Shown: positions 13,585 to 26,901, counted from the first letter of the stretch. The stretch: DNA of 64,000 nt from Macrostomum lignano (GCA_002269645.1 NIVC01000553.1:94554-158553), one strand, 5' to 3'. Numbers and translations are program-made. The notes: generated by a model not told the origin, from the sequence alone.

Positions 13585-14520
13585 ATTTTAGCGCCGCAGA
13601 CACTCATTTTAGCGCCGCAGACAGGCACTTATTTTAGCGCCGCAGGAACTCATTTTAGCGCCGCAGGCACTTGTTTTAGCGCCGCAGACAGGCACTCATT
13701 TTAGCGCCGCAGGCGGGCACTCATTTTGGCGCCACAGGCATTTATTTTGGAGCCGCAGGCACTCATTTTAGCGCCGCAGACAGGCACTCATTTTAGCGCC
13801 GCAGGCACTTATTTTGGCGCCACAGGCATTTATTTTGGAGCCGCAGGCACTCATTTTAACGCCGCAGACAGGCACTCATTTTAGCGCCGCAGGCACTTAT
13901 TTTGGCGCCACAGGCATTTATTTTGGCGCCACAGGCATTTATTTTGGAGCCGCAGGCACTCATTTTAACGCCGCAGGCACTCATTTTAGCGCCGCAGGCA
14001 CTCATTTTAGCGCCGCAGGCACTCATTTTAGCGCCGCAGACAGGCACTTATTTTAGCGCCGCAGAGAGGCACTCATTTTAGCGCCGCAGGCACTTATTTT
14101 GGCGCCGCAGGCGGGCACTCATTTTGGCGCCGAAAGCAGACACTCATTTTGACGCCGAAAGCAGACACTCATTTTAGCGCCGAAAGCAGACACTCATTTT
14201 GGCGCCGAAAGCAGACACTCATTTTGGAGCCGAAAGCAGACACTCATTTTGACGCCGAAAGCAGACACTCATTTTAGCGCCGAAAGCAGACACTCATTTT
14301 GGCGCCGAAAGCAGACACTCATTTTGGAGCCGAAAGCAGACACTCATTTTGACGCCGAAAGCAGACACTCATTTTAGCGCCGAAAGCAGACACTCATTTT
14401 GGCGCCGAAAGCAGACACTCATTTTAGCGCCGAAAGCAGACACTCATTTTAGCGCCGAAAGCAGACACTCATCTTGGCGCCGAAAGCAGACACTCATCTT
14501 GGCGCCGAAAGCAGACACTC
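13585..14520. repeat. Minisatellite, 21-bp TTTTAGCGCCGCAGGCACTCA changing to 25-bp TTTTGGCGCCGAAAGCAGACACTCA
   Basis: Tandem repetition; reverse complement of arrays at 38165-38510 and 39275-39650. Confidence 0.95.
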
Positions 14521-15086
14521 ATTTTTGCGCTTATGGCGGTATATTTTGGCGCCCAGAAACGAAAGTATTGATTTCAATAACGGGTCACCAGGTGACAAAG
14601 CATTGGCTTGTCCCCCGGCTCATCCTCGCCCCTGTCCATGTCACAAACCCTTCATCAGGACCCAAGCAACTGAGTTTGAATGGGGAAGGAGGGAGGGATA
14701 CTTCCCATGTAACACCCCTCTCACCAGCCAACCAGAGTCGTGTGTACTCACATTGAGTCAGTGCTCAACCCCTCCTTTAGCTTGCAGTCTCCCAACCCAA
14801 AATCAGCTCCTCTTTTCCAGTCAAAAAGTTCCACACAGTTGACACGCGGCCTGGGGGCGTCTGCGTCTTTTCTTGACTTTCGCAGCCTCAGTAAACAGGG
14901 GGCGGCCGCTCTTTCCGGTTTTCCGTGTCAGGTCGCTAAAAAATTGATTTTTTGAATTTGTCAGTTTCTTTTTGAAAGCTTTTTTTAATGTCAAAAAAGT
15001 TTTTCTGCAAATGAATTATTGGGAGCTGACGCGGAGGAAATCGAGGTCTTAAAGAGGCACCTCGCGTTGTGTGGCACCGGACCTTC

Positions 15087-15222
15087 ATGCATTCGGCTGT
15101 TATCATTCTGCTTGCAATGCTGTCCGCTGCCAGCCTCAATGCCAGTGGCACCGCCAGAAATGCTCTGGCTCCATTCTCTGACAATCGATACCTGATTGAG
15201 GTTGAGGTGGACTACATTCTGG
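15087..15222 (+). CDS. Probable first exon of the neuregulin-like gene (signal peptide)
   Basis: ATG at 15087, MHSAVIILLAMLSAASLNAS (hydrophobic signal-peptide pattern), strong donor G|GTGAGA at 15223. Linkage to the downstream exons is inferred. Confidence 0.55.
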
Positions 15223-15309
15223 GTGAGACTGGCTGCTGTTTCCTTGTTTTGAATCAGCTCTTTCTCGCTCTTCATCATTTCTCTTCATCTAACCCTACTC
15301 AGACTCTTT

Positions 15310-15855
15310 TCACGGAAATCTCACTCCGACTCTCCTCATCTCACTCCGACTCTCCTCATCTCACTCTGACTCTCCCCATCTCCCTCTAACTCTCCTTATC
15401 TCACTCTGACTCTCTTCATCTCACTCTAACTCTCCTTATCTCACTCTGACTCTCTTCATCTCACTCTGACTCTCCTCATCTCACTCTGACTCTTCCCATC
15501 TCACTCTGACTCTCCTTATCTCACTCTGACTCTCCCCATCTCGCTCTGACTCTCTTCATCTCGCTCTGACTCTTCCCATCTCGCTCTGACTCTCCTCATC
15601 TCGCTCTGACTCTCCTCATCTCACTCTGACTCTCCCCATCTCGCTCTGACTCTCTTCATCTCGCTCTGACTCTTCCCATCTCACTCCGACTCTCCTCATC
15701 TCGCTCTGATTCTCCTCATCTCACTCCGATTCTCCTCATCTCACTCTGACTCTCCCCATCTCACCTAAATTTGAATCCCTCCATCTCACCTCAATTTGAA
15801 TCTCTCCATCTCACCTCAATTTGAATCTCTCCATCTCACCTCACTCTGACTCTCT
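15310..15855. repeat. Minisatellite, 20-bp unit TCACTCTGACTCTCCTCATC
   Basis: Tandem repetition. Confidence 0.9.
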
Positions 15856-16166
15856 CAGAGTTGAGCAGACTTGGCAGAGTTTAGTATGCAGTGGGACCCC
15901 CCACCCCCCACTATGCCTTAACATAAGCCTTTTAAACTGTAGTACACTAGAGTCTACACAGCACTAAGATAGGGCACGCAGTGGAATTGGCTTATGTTAA
16001 GAGGACACTACTTCCAATATTAATCCCTTTTTGATTACAAAAAAAGTGGCAAAAAATATGAGAAAATCGATATTGTTTCGTGTCTTGGAGAGTATTTGAA
16101 ATTCGACACTTTCTGAGAAGCGGATAAGAAGAGATGACCGAATCTTGTACTTTTTCGACAGTTGCT

Positions 16167-16560
16167 TATGAGCTGTCTGAGTAATGTATGAGCTGTCTGA
16201 GTAATGTATGAGCTGTCTGAGTAATGTATGAGCTGTCTGGGTAATGTATGAGCTGTCTGAGTAATGTATGAGCTGTCTGAGTAATGTATGAGCTGTCTGA
16301 GTAATGTATGAGCTGTCTGGGTAATGTATGAGCTGTCTGAGTAATGTATGAGCTGTCTGAGTAATGTATGAGCTGTCTGAGTAATGTATGAGCTGTCTGA
16401 GTAATGTATGAGCTGTCTGAGTAATGTATGAGCTGTCTGAGTAATGTATGAGCTGTCTGGGTAATGTATGAGCTGTCTGAGTAATGTATGAGCTGTCTGA
16501 GTAATGTATGAGCTGTCTGGGTAATGTATGAGCTGTCTGAGTAATGTATGAGCTGTCTCA
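16167..16560. repeat. Minisatellite, 20-bp unit ATGAGCTGTCTGAGTAATGT
   Basis: Near-perfect tandem repetition. Confidence 0.95.
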
Positions 16561-16604
16561 CTGCTTTGACTGTCTATGGGCAGTCTGGGTTTCCTGAGGA
16601 GTTT

Positions 16605-17780
16605 CTGGGGTGTCAGATTTATCTCAGAAGTGTCAGAGCTATTCGTGAAGTGTCAGAGTTATCTCAAAAGTGTTAGAGTTATCTCAGAAGTGTCAGAGTT
16701 ATCTCAGAAGTGTCAGAGTTATCTCAGAAGTGTCAGAGTTATCTCAGAAGTGTCAGAGTTATCTCAGAAGTGTCAGAGTTATCTTAAAAGTGTCAGAGTT
16801 ATCTCAGAAGTGTCAGAGTTATCTCAGAAGTGTCAGAGTTATCTCAGAAGTGTCAGAGTTATCTCAGAAGTGTCAGAGTTATCTTAAAAGTGTCAGAGTT
16901 ATCTCAGAAGTGTCAGAGTTATCTCTGAAGTGTCAGAGTTATCTCAGAAGTGTCAGAGTTATTCGTGAAGTGTCAGAGTTATCTCAAAAGTGTCAGAGTT
17001 ATCTCAGAAGTGTCAGAGTTATCTCAGAAGTGTCAGAGTTATCCCAGAAGTGTCAGAGTTATCTTAAAAGTGTCAGAGTTATTCGTGAAGTGTCAGAGTT
17101 ATCTCAGAAGTGTCAGAGTTATCTCAGAAGTGTCAGAGTTATTCGTGAAGTGTCAGAGTTATCTCAAAAGTGTTAGAGTTATCTCAGAAGTGTCAGAGTT
17201 ATCTCAGAAGTGTCAGAGTTATCTCAGAAGTGTCAGAGTTATCTCAGAAGTGTCAGAGTTATCTCAGAAGTGTCAGAGTTATCTCAGAAGTGTCAGAGTT
17301 ATCTCAAAAGTGTTAGAATTATCTCAGAAGTGTCAGAGTTATCTCAGAAGTGTCAGAGTTATCTCAGAAGTGTCAGAGTTATCTCAGAAGTGTCAGAGTT
17401 ATCTCAGAAGTGTCAGAGTTATCTCAGAAGTGTCAGAGTTATCTTAAAAGTGTCAGAGTTATCTCAGAAGTGTCAGAGTTATCTCAGAAGTGTCAGAGTT
17501 ATCTCAGAAGTGTCAGAGTTATCTTAGAGGTGTCAGACTTATTCGTGAAGTGTCAGAGTTATTCGTGAAGTGTCAGAGTTATTCGTGAAGTGTCAGAGTT
17601 ATTCGTGAAGTTTCAGAGTTATCCCTGAAGTGTCAGAGTTATCTCAGAAGTGTCAGAGTTATCCCTGAAGTGTCAGAGTTATTCGTGAAGTGTCAGAGTT
17701 ATCCCAGAAGTGTCAGAGCTATCTCAGAAGTGTCAGAGTTATCCCAGAAGTGTCAGGATTGTCCCTGAAGTGTCAGAGTT
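16605..17780. repeat. Minisatellite, 20-bp unit ATCTCAGAAGTGTCAGAGTT, about 58 copies
   Basis: Columns align exactly in the 60-nt lines. Confidence 0.97.
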
Positions 17781-18489
17781 ATCCTTGGGGCATCTGACTT
17801 GTTTATAACACGCAAAATCTCTCCGCTACGCCAGACTCTTAGTCCCATGCAGCTTCATCTGTCCTCAAACTGCCAGCCAGCGGGAACAGATTGATTTTTG
17901 CAAAAATAAAGCTTTCGAGGACAAATGCTTGAAAATTAATATCGGCACCTGAGCTTCGCCAATATTCAATATATTAAAGCGGCACTGGCCATGGTGACGC
18001 ATTGCCAATCCAGGTGAAGTGGAGAGGCAGCCAGAGGTTTAACATATTTCTGCTTATAGCTAGCGGGTCCTTGCGCGAAAACATGCGGCTGATGGAGACC
18101 TGAGCTGTACCACTCACCCAAAGACTGAAATCTGCTTTTGCGAAGCAATTTCTCGGGCAAATCAAGCGTGCTGACAGAGAGACAGATGGGGAGAGAACCC
18201 CCCCCCCCCAGTCACCACCAGCCCCTACTTGTCTCGCACAGTGCACTCAAGACAGCATGTGTAATGGTAGGTCTCTCCTTAATTGATGCGACAGCGAAGT
18301 AACTGAGGTAGCTGCTTCTCATTATTTGAGCAGTGGCTTCATGTCTCATCTCAATATTGCGATGCTGTCTGCTGGGCTCTGTACTTGCTTTTAGTTCACG
18401 GTTAGGTATACTGTTTTAGTCCATCGGTCTAGGAGACTGCGACGTATCTCGTGTCTCCGGATAGTTGTTTTCATAGTGTCTAAGCTCAC

Positions 18490-19400
18490 CTCCCTTCCCC
18501 TATCCGTCTCCCCTCCCCGTCTCCCTCTCCCTCTCCCCGTCTCCCTCTCCCTCTCCCCGTCTCCCTCTCCCTCTCCTCGTCTCCCTCTCCCTCTCCCGTC
18601 TCCCTCTCCCTCTCCCCGTCTCCCTCTCCCTCTCCTCGTCTCCCTCTCCCTCTCCCGTCTCCCTCTCCCTCTCCCCGTCTCCCTCTCCCTCTCCTCGTCT
18701 CCCTCTCCCTCTCCCGTCTCCCTCTCCCTCTCCCGTCTCCCTCTCCCTCTCCCCGTCTCCCTCTCCCTCTCCTCGTCTCCCTCTCCCTCTCCCGTCTCCC
18801 TCTCCCTCTCCCGTCTCCCTCTCCCTCTCCCTCTCCCTCTCCCCGTCTCCCTCTCCCTCTCCCGTCTCCCTCTCCCTCTCCCGTCTCCCTCTCCCTCTCC
18901 CTCTCCCGTCTCCCTCTCCCTCTCCCTCTCCCGTCTCCCTCTCCCTCTCCCTCTCCCGTCTCCCTCTCCCTCTCCCGTCTCCGTCTCCCTCTCCCCGTCT
19001 CCCTCTCCCTCTCCTCGGCTCCCTCTCCCTCTCCCGTCTCCCTCTCCCTCTCCCTCTCCCGTCTCCCTCTCCCTCTCCTCGTCTCCCTTTTCCTCTCCCC
19101 GTCTCCCTCTCCCTCTCCTCGGCTCCCTCTCCCTCTCCCGTCTCCCTCTCCCTCTCCCTCTCCCGTCTCCCTCTCCCTCTCCTCGTCTCCCTTTTCCTCT
19201 CCCCGTCTCCCTCTCCTTCTCCCCATCCTCCGGAGCTCTCCCCGTCTCCAACCTCCCTCTCTCGTCTACCCTCCCTCTACCGGCAGCCCCTCCCTCTCCC
19301 GTCTACCCCTCCCTATCCCCATCTACCCCTCCCTATCTCCGTCTCCCTCTCCCTCTCCCGTCTCCCTCTCCCTATCTCCGTCTCCCTCTCCCCTCCCGTC
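18490..19400. repeat. (CTCCCT)n / CCCGTCTCCCT simple repeat
   Basis: Low-complexity pyrimidine tract. Confidence 0.95.
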
Positions 19401-19919
19401 TAAAAATAGAGAAAAAGCTGAATTGCTTTTGAATTTCAGTTAAATTCAAAGAACTTAAAATAGCTTGAACCTGAATAACTTGAATCTGAGGCTCCAAAAA
19501 AAACTTTTACAATGGCTCACTCACTGAAACAGTTTCTAACTTGCAACCAGAATTTTATTCTGGTCGAAAGGCTGCCCTGGCCACTCACTGTCCGCAGACA
19601 ACAACAGTCATAAATTGTGCATCTCCAACACAGGAGTCGGGCGCCCGCACTGGCATGCTGATAAGCCTGAGCCTTAGCTTCAGCGAGAGTTGCCGGGATT
19701 AAATTGAGTCTATTTATGAGCACACTAGCTAGCTGGCTTAGATTTTCCATGATCCTACGAGCGTGTGTCATAGACTATGAGATTAGAGCTGCCGTCCCTG
19801 CGCTCGCGAGAAGTCAGGCAACCTGGCCAGTCTTGTTATTCAAATACATTTTAAGAGGAGAGGCTTCGTTATACATGTAGCTGAGAGAACCTTCTCAACT
19901 GCTGCTCCGTTAAAGTGCC

Positions 19920-20270
19920 AAAGTCTCCTTCACTCTCCCTCTCCTCTCTGCCTCCTTCACTCTTCCTCTTTCTCCTCTTTCCCTCTCATCTCTGTCTCTC
20001 TCTCTCTCATCTCCCTCTCACCTCTCTCTCCTCTCTCCCTCTCATCTCTGTCTTTCCCTCTCACCCCCTCTCACCTCTCTCTCCTCTCTCCCTCTCCTCT
20101 CACTAACCTCTCTCATCTCTACGTCTTCTCTCCCCCCTTTCTCTCTCCTCTCTCTCTCCACTCCTCCTCTCCTCATCTCTCCCTCTCCCTCTCCCTCTAC
20201 TTTTCCCTCTGCTTCTGCCTCTTTCACTCTCCCTCTCCCTCGCCCTCTCTCCCCTCTTCCCCTGGTTCTC
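19920..20270. repeat. CT-rich simple repeat
   Basis: Pyrimidine tract. Confidence 0.85.
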
Positions 20271-20465
20271 TCTCTAACCGCTGACACAAATGGAAAACAA
20301 AGAAGAGAAAGTCGATAGCAGCCAAGCCTGCAGTAGCACTTTAAACAGTCTCAAGACCGCTGGCGCACCTGCTGGCTTAGCACAGCCTCTGTCTCCATCA
20401 TCTATTCACTATCGATCTATTTTTATTGGGCCCAACCTTTCTAATCGTGGCGCATTTCTTTGCAG

Positions 20466-20584
20466 AAATTGAAGTGGCGTATGTCAGTAAAAAACGCCAG
20501 ACAGATGAGGGTCGACAGAACGAAAGAATACCTTCTAAAAAGGCTGGAATCTTCTTCATTCTTAATACTCTCCCACCTCCAGAG
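20466..20584 (+). CDS. Possible exon of the neuregulin-like gene
   Basis: Strong acceptor tttctttgcag|; phase 1 matches exon 1; donor position uncertain. Confidence 0.35.
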
Positions 20585-20749
20585 GTCAGGAAGTCGCGCT
20601 CAGGCAGCCTCAAGCCACTGTTCATGGTTTCAGCGGGTTGCCAGGAATTTTCTCTCTTTGCCTTTTCTCCTCTCGCTTTTATAACAGTTCCGCCTTTAAT
20701 GTTCTCTAATACATTGCTTGGCCTTTGTCTGAACAGGAGTTCGATTCTT

Positions 20750-21137
20750 TCCTCCCCAGTGTCTCCTCTCCCAGTGTCTCCTCTCCCAGTGTCTCCTCTC
20801 CCAGTGTCTCCTCTCCCAGTGTCTCCTCTCCCAGTGTCTCCTCTCCCAGTGTCTCCTCTCCCAGTGTCTCCTCTCCCAGTGTCTCCTCTCCCAGTGTCTC
20901 CTCTCCCAGTGTCTCCTCTCCCAGTGTCTCCTCTCCCAGTGTCTCCTCTCCCAGTGTCTCCTCTCCCAGCATCTCCTCTCTCAGCAACTCCTCTCCCAGC
21001 ATCTCCTCTCCCAGCATCTCCTCTCCCAGTGTCTCCTCTCCCAGCATCTCCTCTCCCAGCATCTCCTCTCCCAGCATCTCCTCTCCCAGTGTCTCCTCTC
21101 CCAGCATCTCCTCTCCCAGCATCTCCTCTCCCAGTAT
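20750..21137. repeat. Minisatellite, 15-bp unit CTCCCAGTGTCTCCT
   Basis: Tandem repetition. Confidence 0.95.
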
Positions 21138-21464
21138 ATCCTTTTAGCCATAATTTTTACTTAGCAACTAAAATCGCCATACTATGTTTTCTCCGACAAC
21201 AATTTCATCTATTTTTTGCATAGGAGACAATGAATAAAAAAACACCCTTTGATGTTCCTTTAAAGATTTTTAGGTCTATATATAAAATCCGCGACAGTAT
21301 TGATTGATGCAAAATGTCACGCATGAAGGGTGCGCATGCGTATTTTGCAATATATGGATTGCCACACCTGTCAGTCTTAGGGTTATAATAGTCTGAAATA
21401 TTTTGACCTGGGTGGGGTTCTATCATCACGATATTCGCTTCCAACCCTATTCTCATCCTATTAG

Positions 21465-21985
21465 AGAGTGCTGAAACTGGGTGTCAGAGTGTGCTGAAAC
21501 TGGGTGTCAGTAGGTGCTGAAACTGGGTGTCAGAGTGTGCTGAAACTGGGTGTCAGTAGGTGCTGAAACTGGGTGTCAGAGTGTGCTGAAACTGGGTGTC
21601 AGTAGGTGCTGAAACTGGGTGTCAGAGAGTGTTGAAACTGGGTGTCAGTAGGTGCTGAAACTGGGTGTCAGAGTGTGCTGAAACTGGGTGTCAGTAGGTG
21701 CTGAAACTGGGTGTCAGTAGGTGCTGAAACTGGGTGTCAGAGTTTGCTGAAATTGGGTGTCAGAGTGTGCTGAAACTGGGTGTCAGTAGGTGCTGAAACT
21801 GGGTGTCAGTAGGTGCTGAAACTGGGTGTCAGAGAGTGTTGAAACTGGGTGTCAGTAGGTGCTGAAACTGGGTGTCAGAGAGTGTTGAAACTGGGTGTCA
21901 GTAGGTGCTGAAACTGGGTGTCAGTAGGTGCTGAAACTCGGTGTCAGTAGGTGCTGAAACTCGGTGTCAGTAGGTGCTGAAACTG
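21465..21985. repeat. Minisatellite, 23-bp unit GTGCTGAAACTGGGTGTCAGTAG
   Basis: Tandem repetition. Confidence 0.95.
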
Positions 21986-22297
21986 TAAAAATGTAAATCC
22001 GTTAACCTTGTGTAGTGGCGTGAAAAACTCTGGCAGAAATTTCCGCAGCTTGCATATCCCGGCTCCGGTTCCCACAATGCCCGATTGGGTATTAAGAAAG
22101 TTTCTACCCGATAATCGCAAGCAGAACAGTCATGAATATTGCCGTGGACCCTTGAGTACAAAATAACCCGGGCTGGCAGGATAAAATGCCCTTGTCAATC
22201 TTGTCAGCAACTCGCTAATCCACACTTGTGTTGGATTTAGGCAGATTTTAGTACAGCTGCAATCCACTGTGTTGACGGGTTGAGCAAAGAAACTGAT

Positions 22298-23370
22298 AGG
22301 TTTGAGTAGGGGATTGAGGGTTTGAGTAGGGGATTGAGGGTTTGAGTAGGGGATTGAGGGTTTGAGTAGGGGATTGAGGGTTTGAGTAGGGGATTGAGGG
22401 TTTGAGTAGGGGATTGAGGGTTTGAGTAGGGGATTGAGGGTTTGAGTAGGGGATTGAGGGTTTGAGTAGGGGATTGAGGGTTTGAGTAGGAGAGTTTTGA
22501 AGGGTTTGAGTAGGGGATTGAGGGTTTGAGTAGGAGAGTTGAAGGGTTTGAGTAGGGGGTTGAAGGGTTTGAGTAGGGGATTGAGGGTTTGAGTAGGGGA
22601 TCGAGGGTTTGAGTAGGAGAGTTGAAGGGTTTGAGTAGGGGATTTTGGGTTTGAGTAGGAGAGTTTTGAAGGGTTTGAGTAGGGGATTGAGGGTTTGAGT
22701 AGGAGAGTTGAAGGGTTTGAGTAGGGGATTGAGGGTTTGAGTAGGAGAGTTGAAGGGTTTGAGTAGGGGGTTGAAGGGTTTGAGTAGGAGAGTTGAAGGG
22801 TTTGAGTAGGGGATTGAGGGTTTGAGTAGGAGAGTTGAAGGGTTTGAGTAGGAGAGTTGAAGGGTTTGAGTAGGGGGTTGAAGGGTTTGAGTAGGAGAGT
22901 TGAAGGGTTTGAGTAGGGGATTGAGGGTTTGAGTAGGAGAGTTGAAGGGTTTGAGTAGGGGATTGAGGGTTTGAGTAGGAGAGTTGAAGGGTTTGAGTAG
23001 GGGGTTGAAGGGTTTGAGTAGGAGAGTTGAAGGGTTTGAGTAGGGGATTGAGGGTTTGAGTAGGAGAGTTAAAGGGTTTGAGTAGGGGGTTGAAGGGTTT
23101 GAGTAGGGGGTTGAAGGGTTTGAGTAGGAGGTTGAAGGGTTTGAGTAGACGGGTTGAAGGGTTTGAGTAGGAGGGTTGAAGGGTTTCAGTAGGGGGGTTT
23201 AAGGATTTGAATAGGAGGGTTGAAGGGCTTGAGTAGGGCGGTTGAAGGGGTTGAGTAGGTGGGTTGAGGGTTTGAGTAGGGGGATTGAAGGGTTCGAGTA
23301 TAAGGGTTGCAGGGTTTGAGTAGACGGGTTGAAGGGTTTGGTAGGGGATTAAAGTTGAGTAGAAGATCTT
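22298..23370. repeat. G-rich minisatellite, 20-21 bp unit GGGTTTGAGTAGGGGATTGA
   Basis: Tandem repetition, more degenerate toward the 3' end. Confidence 0.95.
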
Positions 23371-23564
23371 AAGGGTTTGAAGTAAAAAAGCTTTTTTTAC
23401 TGTGAAAAAATTATAACTTTACTGTACAAAGAATATCGATCTGAATGCTTTGCTTGCTACTCATAAGTAGATCAGTGTGAATTTTGTTAATTATTTTTGT
23501 TGACAGTCAAGAGACTCAATAGATTTTACAGTCTCAATCGATTATCATTTTGAGACAGTCTCAT

Positions 23565-23870
23565 TTTGTGTCTCAATAGATTAGCAATCCACTCTAATCC
23601 TTCATCCATATTGTGTCTCAGTAGATTAGCAATCCACTCTAATCCTTCATCCATATTGTGTCTCAGTAGATTAGCAATCCACTCTAATCCTTCATCCATA
23701 TTGTGTCTCAGTAGATTAGCAATCCACTCTAATCCTTCATCCATATTGTGTCTCAGTAGATTAGCAATCCACTCTAATCCTTCATCCATATTGTGGCTCA
23801 ATAGTTTAGCAATCCACTCTAATCCTTCATCCATATTGTGGCTCAATAGTTTAGTAATCCATTCTGATCC
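23565..23870. repeat. Minisatellite, 45-bp unit, about 6.5 copies
   Basis: GTCTCAGTAGATTAGCAATCCACTCTAATCCTTCATCCATATTGT repeated. Confidence 0.95.
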
Positions 23871-24509
23871 CTCATACTATATACAATAGCAGTCAGTTCT
23901 TTGTTTCCCTTCAATGCCCCAAGTACGCTCAGGGCCTAAGTCAATCGATTAGGAACTCAAGTCTCAAATTCTCATGCCAAGGCTGCTCCACCTTATGAGC
24001 GCCTTGAGTCTTGGCTTGCCTCCCCATTGTTTCCAATCTCCCATTTCTACATCCTTAGTCCTTCTTATTTAAGTCTCGAGGGTCGATTTTTTTTGTACAC
24101 TCTATCTGACACCCCATTGTCATCTATCTACGTGACCTGACCAATTTGATAGTCCTTGCAACTCATTGAGCATTATTCTTCTGATCAGGATCCTTTGTTC
24201 ATGCTCGCATAAAATCGACCATTCAATGGGCTGCTTGTTCAAGAATATAAGCATCTTTGTATTGTAGTTAAGTACTTTTTTACTTTTTTAGAAGTGCTTA
24301 GAAAATATGCTTAAGAATAATTATTGCGTATTAGGCAGTTTTTTTTCTTAAAATATTTATAAAATGGTTGAGCAAGTCTTAGTTTTTTTTAACGATTTAA
24401 AAAGAATGGGTCATTTAAGTCAAATTATCGTTGCTCTTTTTTTCAGATTTAATTGGCCAAGAAATTCTGCAAATGGGTGGCATCCTGACAGTGTCCCCGA
24501 TCTTCCCAG

Positions 24510-25405
24510 CACAACTCTCCTCTCTCCTCTCCTCCCCTCTCCTCTCCTCTCCTCCCTCTCCTCTCCTCTCCTCTCCTGTCCTCTCCTCTCCTCTCCTCTC
24601 CTCTCCTCTCCTCTCCTCTCCTCTCCTCTCCTCTCCTCCTCTCCTCTCCTCTTCTCTCCTCTCCTCTTCTCTCCTCTCCTCTTCTCTCCTTTCCTCTCCT
24701 CTCCTCTCCTCTCGTCTCCTCTCCTCTCCACTCCTTTTCTCTCCTCTTCTCTCCTCTTCTCTCCTCTTCTCTCCTCTCCTTTTCTCTGCTCTCCTCTCCT
24801 CTCCTCTCCTCCCCTCTCCTCTTCTCTCCTCTTCTCTCCTCTCCTCTCCTCTCCTCCTCTCCTCTCCTCTTCTCTCCTCTCCTCTTCTCTCCTCTCCTCT
24901 CCTCTCCTCTCCTCTCCTCTCCTCTCCTCTCCTCTCTCTCTCCTCTCCTCCTCTCCTCTCCTCTTCTCTCCTCTCCTCTTCTCTCCTCTCCTCTTCTCTC
25001 CTCTCCTCTCCTCTCCTCTCCTCTCCTCTCCTCTCCTCTCCACTCCTTTTCTCTCCTCTTCTCTCCTCTTATCTCCTCTTCTCTCCTCTCCTTTTCTCTG
25101 CTCTCCTCTCCTCTCCTCTCCTCCCCTCTCCTCTTCTCTCCTCTCCTCTCCTCTCCTCTCCTCTCCTCTCCTCTCCTCTTCTCTCCTCCCCTCTCCTCCC
25201 CTCTCCTCTCCTCTCATCTCCTCTCCTCTCCTCTCCTCTTCTCTCCTCTCCTCTCCTCTCCTCTCCTCCCCTCTCCTCTCCTCTCCTCTCCTCTCCTCTC
25301 CTCTCCTCTCCTCTCCTCTCCTCTCCTCTCCTCTCCTCTCCTCTCCTCTCCTCTCCTCTCCTCCCCTCTCCTCTCATCTCCTCTCCTCTCTTCTTCTCTC
25401 CTCTC
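24510..25405. repeat. (CTCCT)n pentanucleotide microsatellite
   Basis: Tandem repetition. Confidence 0.95.
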
Positions 25406-25974
25406 CTAAGAATAAGAATCGAATTTCGCCATAATGCTCAAGATAAAAATCTTTTATTAAACCTGACGCGTAATACGCAAAGTTGCTTCGCTAATCTCTC
25501 CACTCAAACTACATGTTAGCTGCTAGACTACAAGTAATCGTGTTCAAAAGCTACACAAAATAAATGTGGTTACCAAAGCTAATTCTCTTCAATTGTCTTC
25601 GATCTTTGCCTCTCAACCCGCTTGCACCTGGTGCTCCGCCCTCAGACCCGGTCAGTGCTTGATTATATAGTGGTTGTCAATTGGTTGGCTACATAGATTA
25701 TATTACTCTTGTCGTTGTACGTGAGTAGCTTAAGAAAGAGCTTGACAAAATGACCAGACAAAACTGACTCGCAGGACAGCACTTTCAGTTTTATCCCGGC
25801 TTAGTAAAACAATTGTAGCGATGAAATTCACGGAAAAATTCCGGAATCAAGGAGCATCAAATTTTGAGTTTGTTGGTGAGGCAAATCATTTTTTACTCGC
25901 TTGTTTGCTGTGCAGGTATTTGCTATCTGCTAGGCGCTACGGTCTAGTGCTAGTTCAGAGTTAAATTGAACTTG

Positions 25975-26525
25975 ATTTGACACTAAATTTGATCTGATTT
26001 CGGCGCTAAATTTGATCTGATTTTGGCGCTAAATTTGATCTCATTTTGGCGCTAAATTTGATATGATTTTGGCGCTAAATTTGATCTGATTTTGGCGCTA
26101 AATTTGATATGATTTTTGCGCTAAATTTGATCTGATTTTGGCGCTAAATTTGATATGATTTTGGCGCTAAATTTGATCTTATTTTGGCGCTAAATTTGAT
26201 CTGAATTTGTCGCTACATTTGATTTGATTTTGGCGCTACATTTGATCTGATTTTGGCGCTACATTTGATCTGATTTTTGCGCTACATTTGATCTGATTTT
26301 TGCGCTAAATTTGATCTGAATTTGTCGCTACATTTGATCTGATTTTGGCGCTACATTTGATCTGATTTTTGCGCTACATTTGATCTGATTTTTGCGCTAC
26401 ATTTGATCTGATTTTTGCGCTACATTTGATCTGATTTTTGCGCTACATTTGATCTGATTTTGGCGCTACATTTGATCTGATTTTGGCGCTACATTTGATC
26501 TGATTTTGGCGCTACATTTGATTGG
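25975..26525. repeat. Minisatellite, 23-bp unit GCGCTAAATTTGATCTGATTTTG
   Basis: Tandem repetition; TTTTGGCGCTA core. Confidence 0.95.
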
Positions 26526-26639
26526 ATTGTAACACTGAACTAGATCTTCATCACTCAAAACGCCATGGATCCTATCCTTTGCACCCTATGCAGCTATGAT
26601 TATTTAAACAACTGAAATTTCGACTTAACTCCAAGCCAG

Positions 26640-26901
26640 CATCCAGCCCACAGCGGCATCCAATCCCAATCAAGAAGATTTTCCCTCTCCTATGGGATAT
26701 TTATTGCAAGAGTACACTGCAGAGAGGTGTCGCCTATAGTTGAAGAATCCTGTTCTCAAACAGTTTTAGTATTCGGAGGAGAAAGCATGTTGGTAGAAGT
26801 TAACCCAGACACAGATTCCTCCAGCTCGCCCCATGTCTTACCGGCAAGCAAGGGCTCAACTGACGGTCAATTCGTGCACATTTTCTGGAGCCTGTTTGAA
26901 G
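26640..26901 (+). CDS. Probable exon of the neuregulin-like N-terminal (pre-Ig) domain
   Basis: Open frame ...SYGIFIARVHCREVSPIVEESC...FVHIFWSLFE with donor G|GTAAAC; several possible acceptors near 26640-26655. Confidence 0.5.

Noticed and set aside
17850-22200. Additional exons in islands at 17850-18230, 19520-19770 and 21990-22200
   Set aside because: Candidate splice-site pairs mostly contain stops or cannot be phased with confidence
22298-23370. Interstitial telomeric repeat
   Set aside because: The unit is a 20-21 bp minisatellite, not (TTAGGG)n
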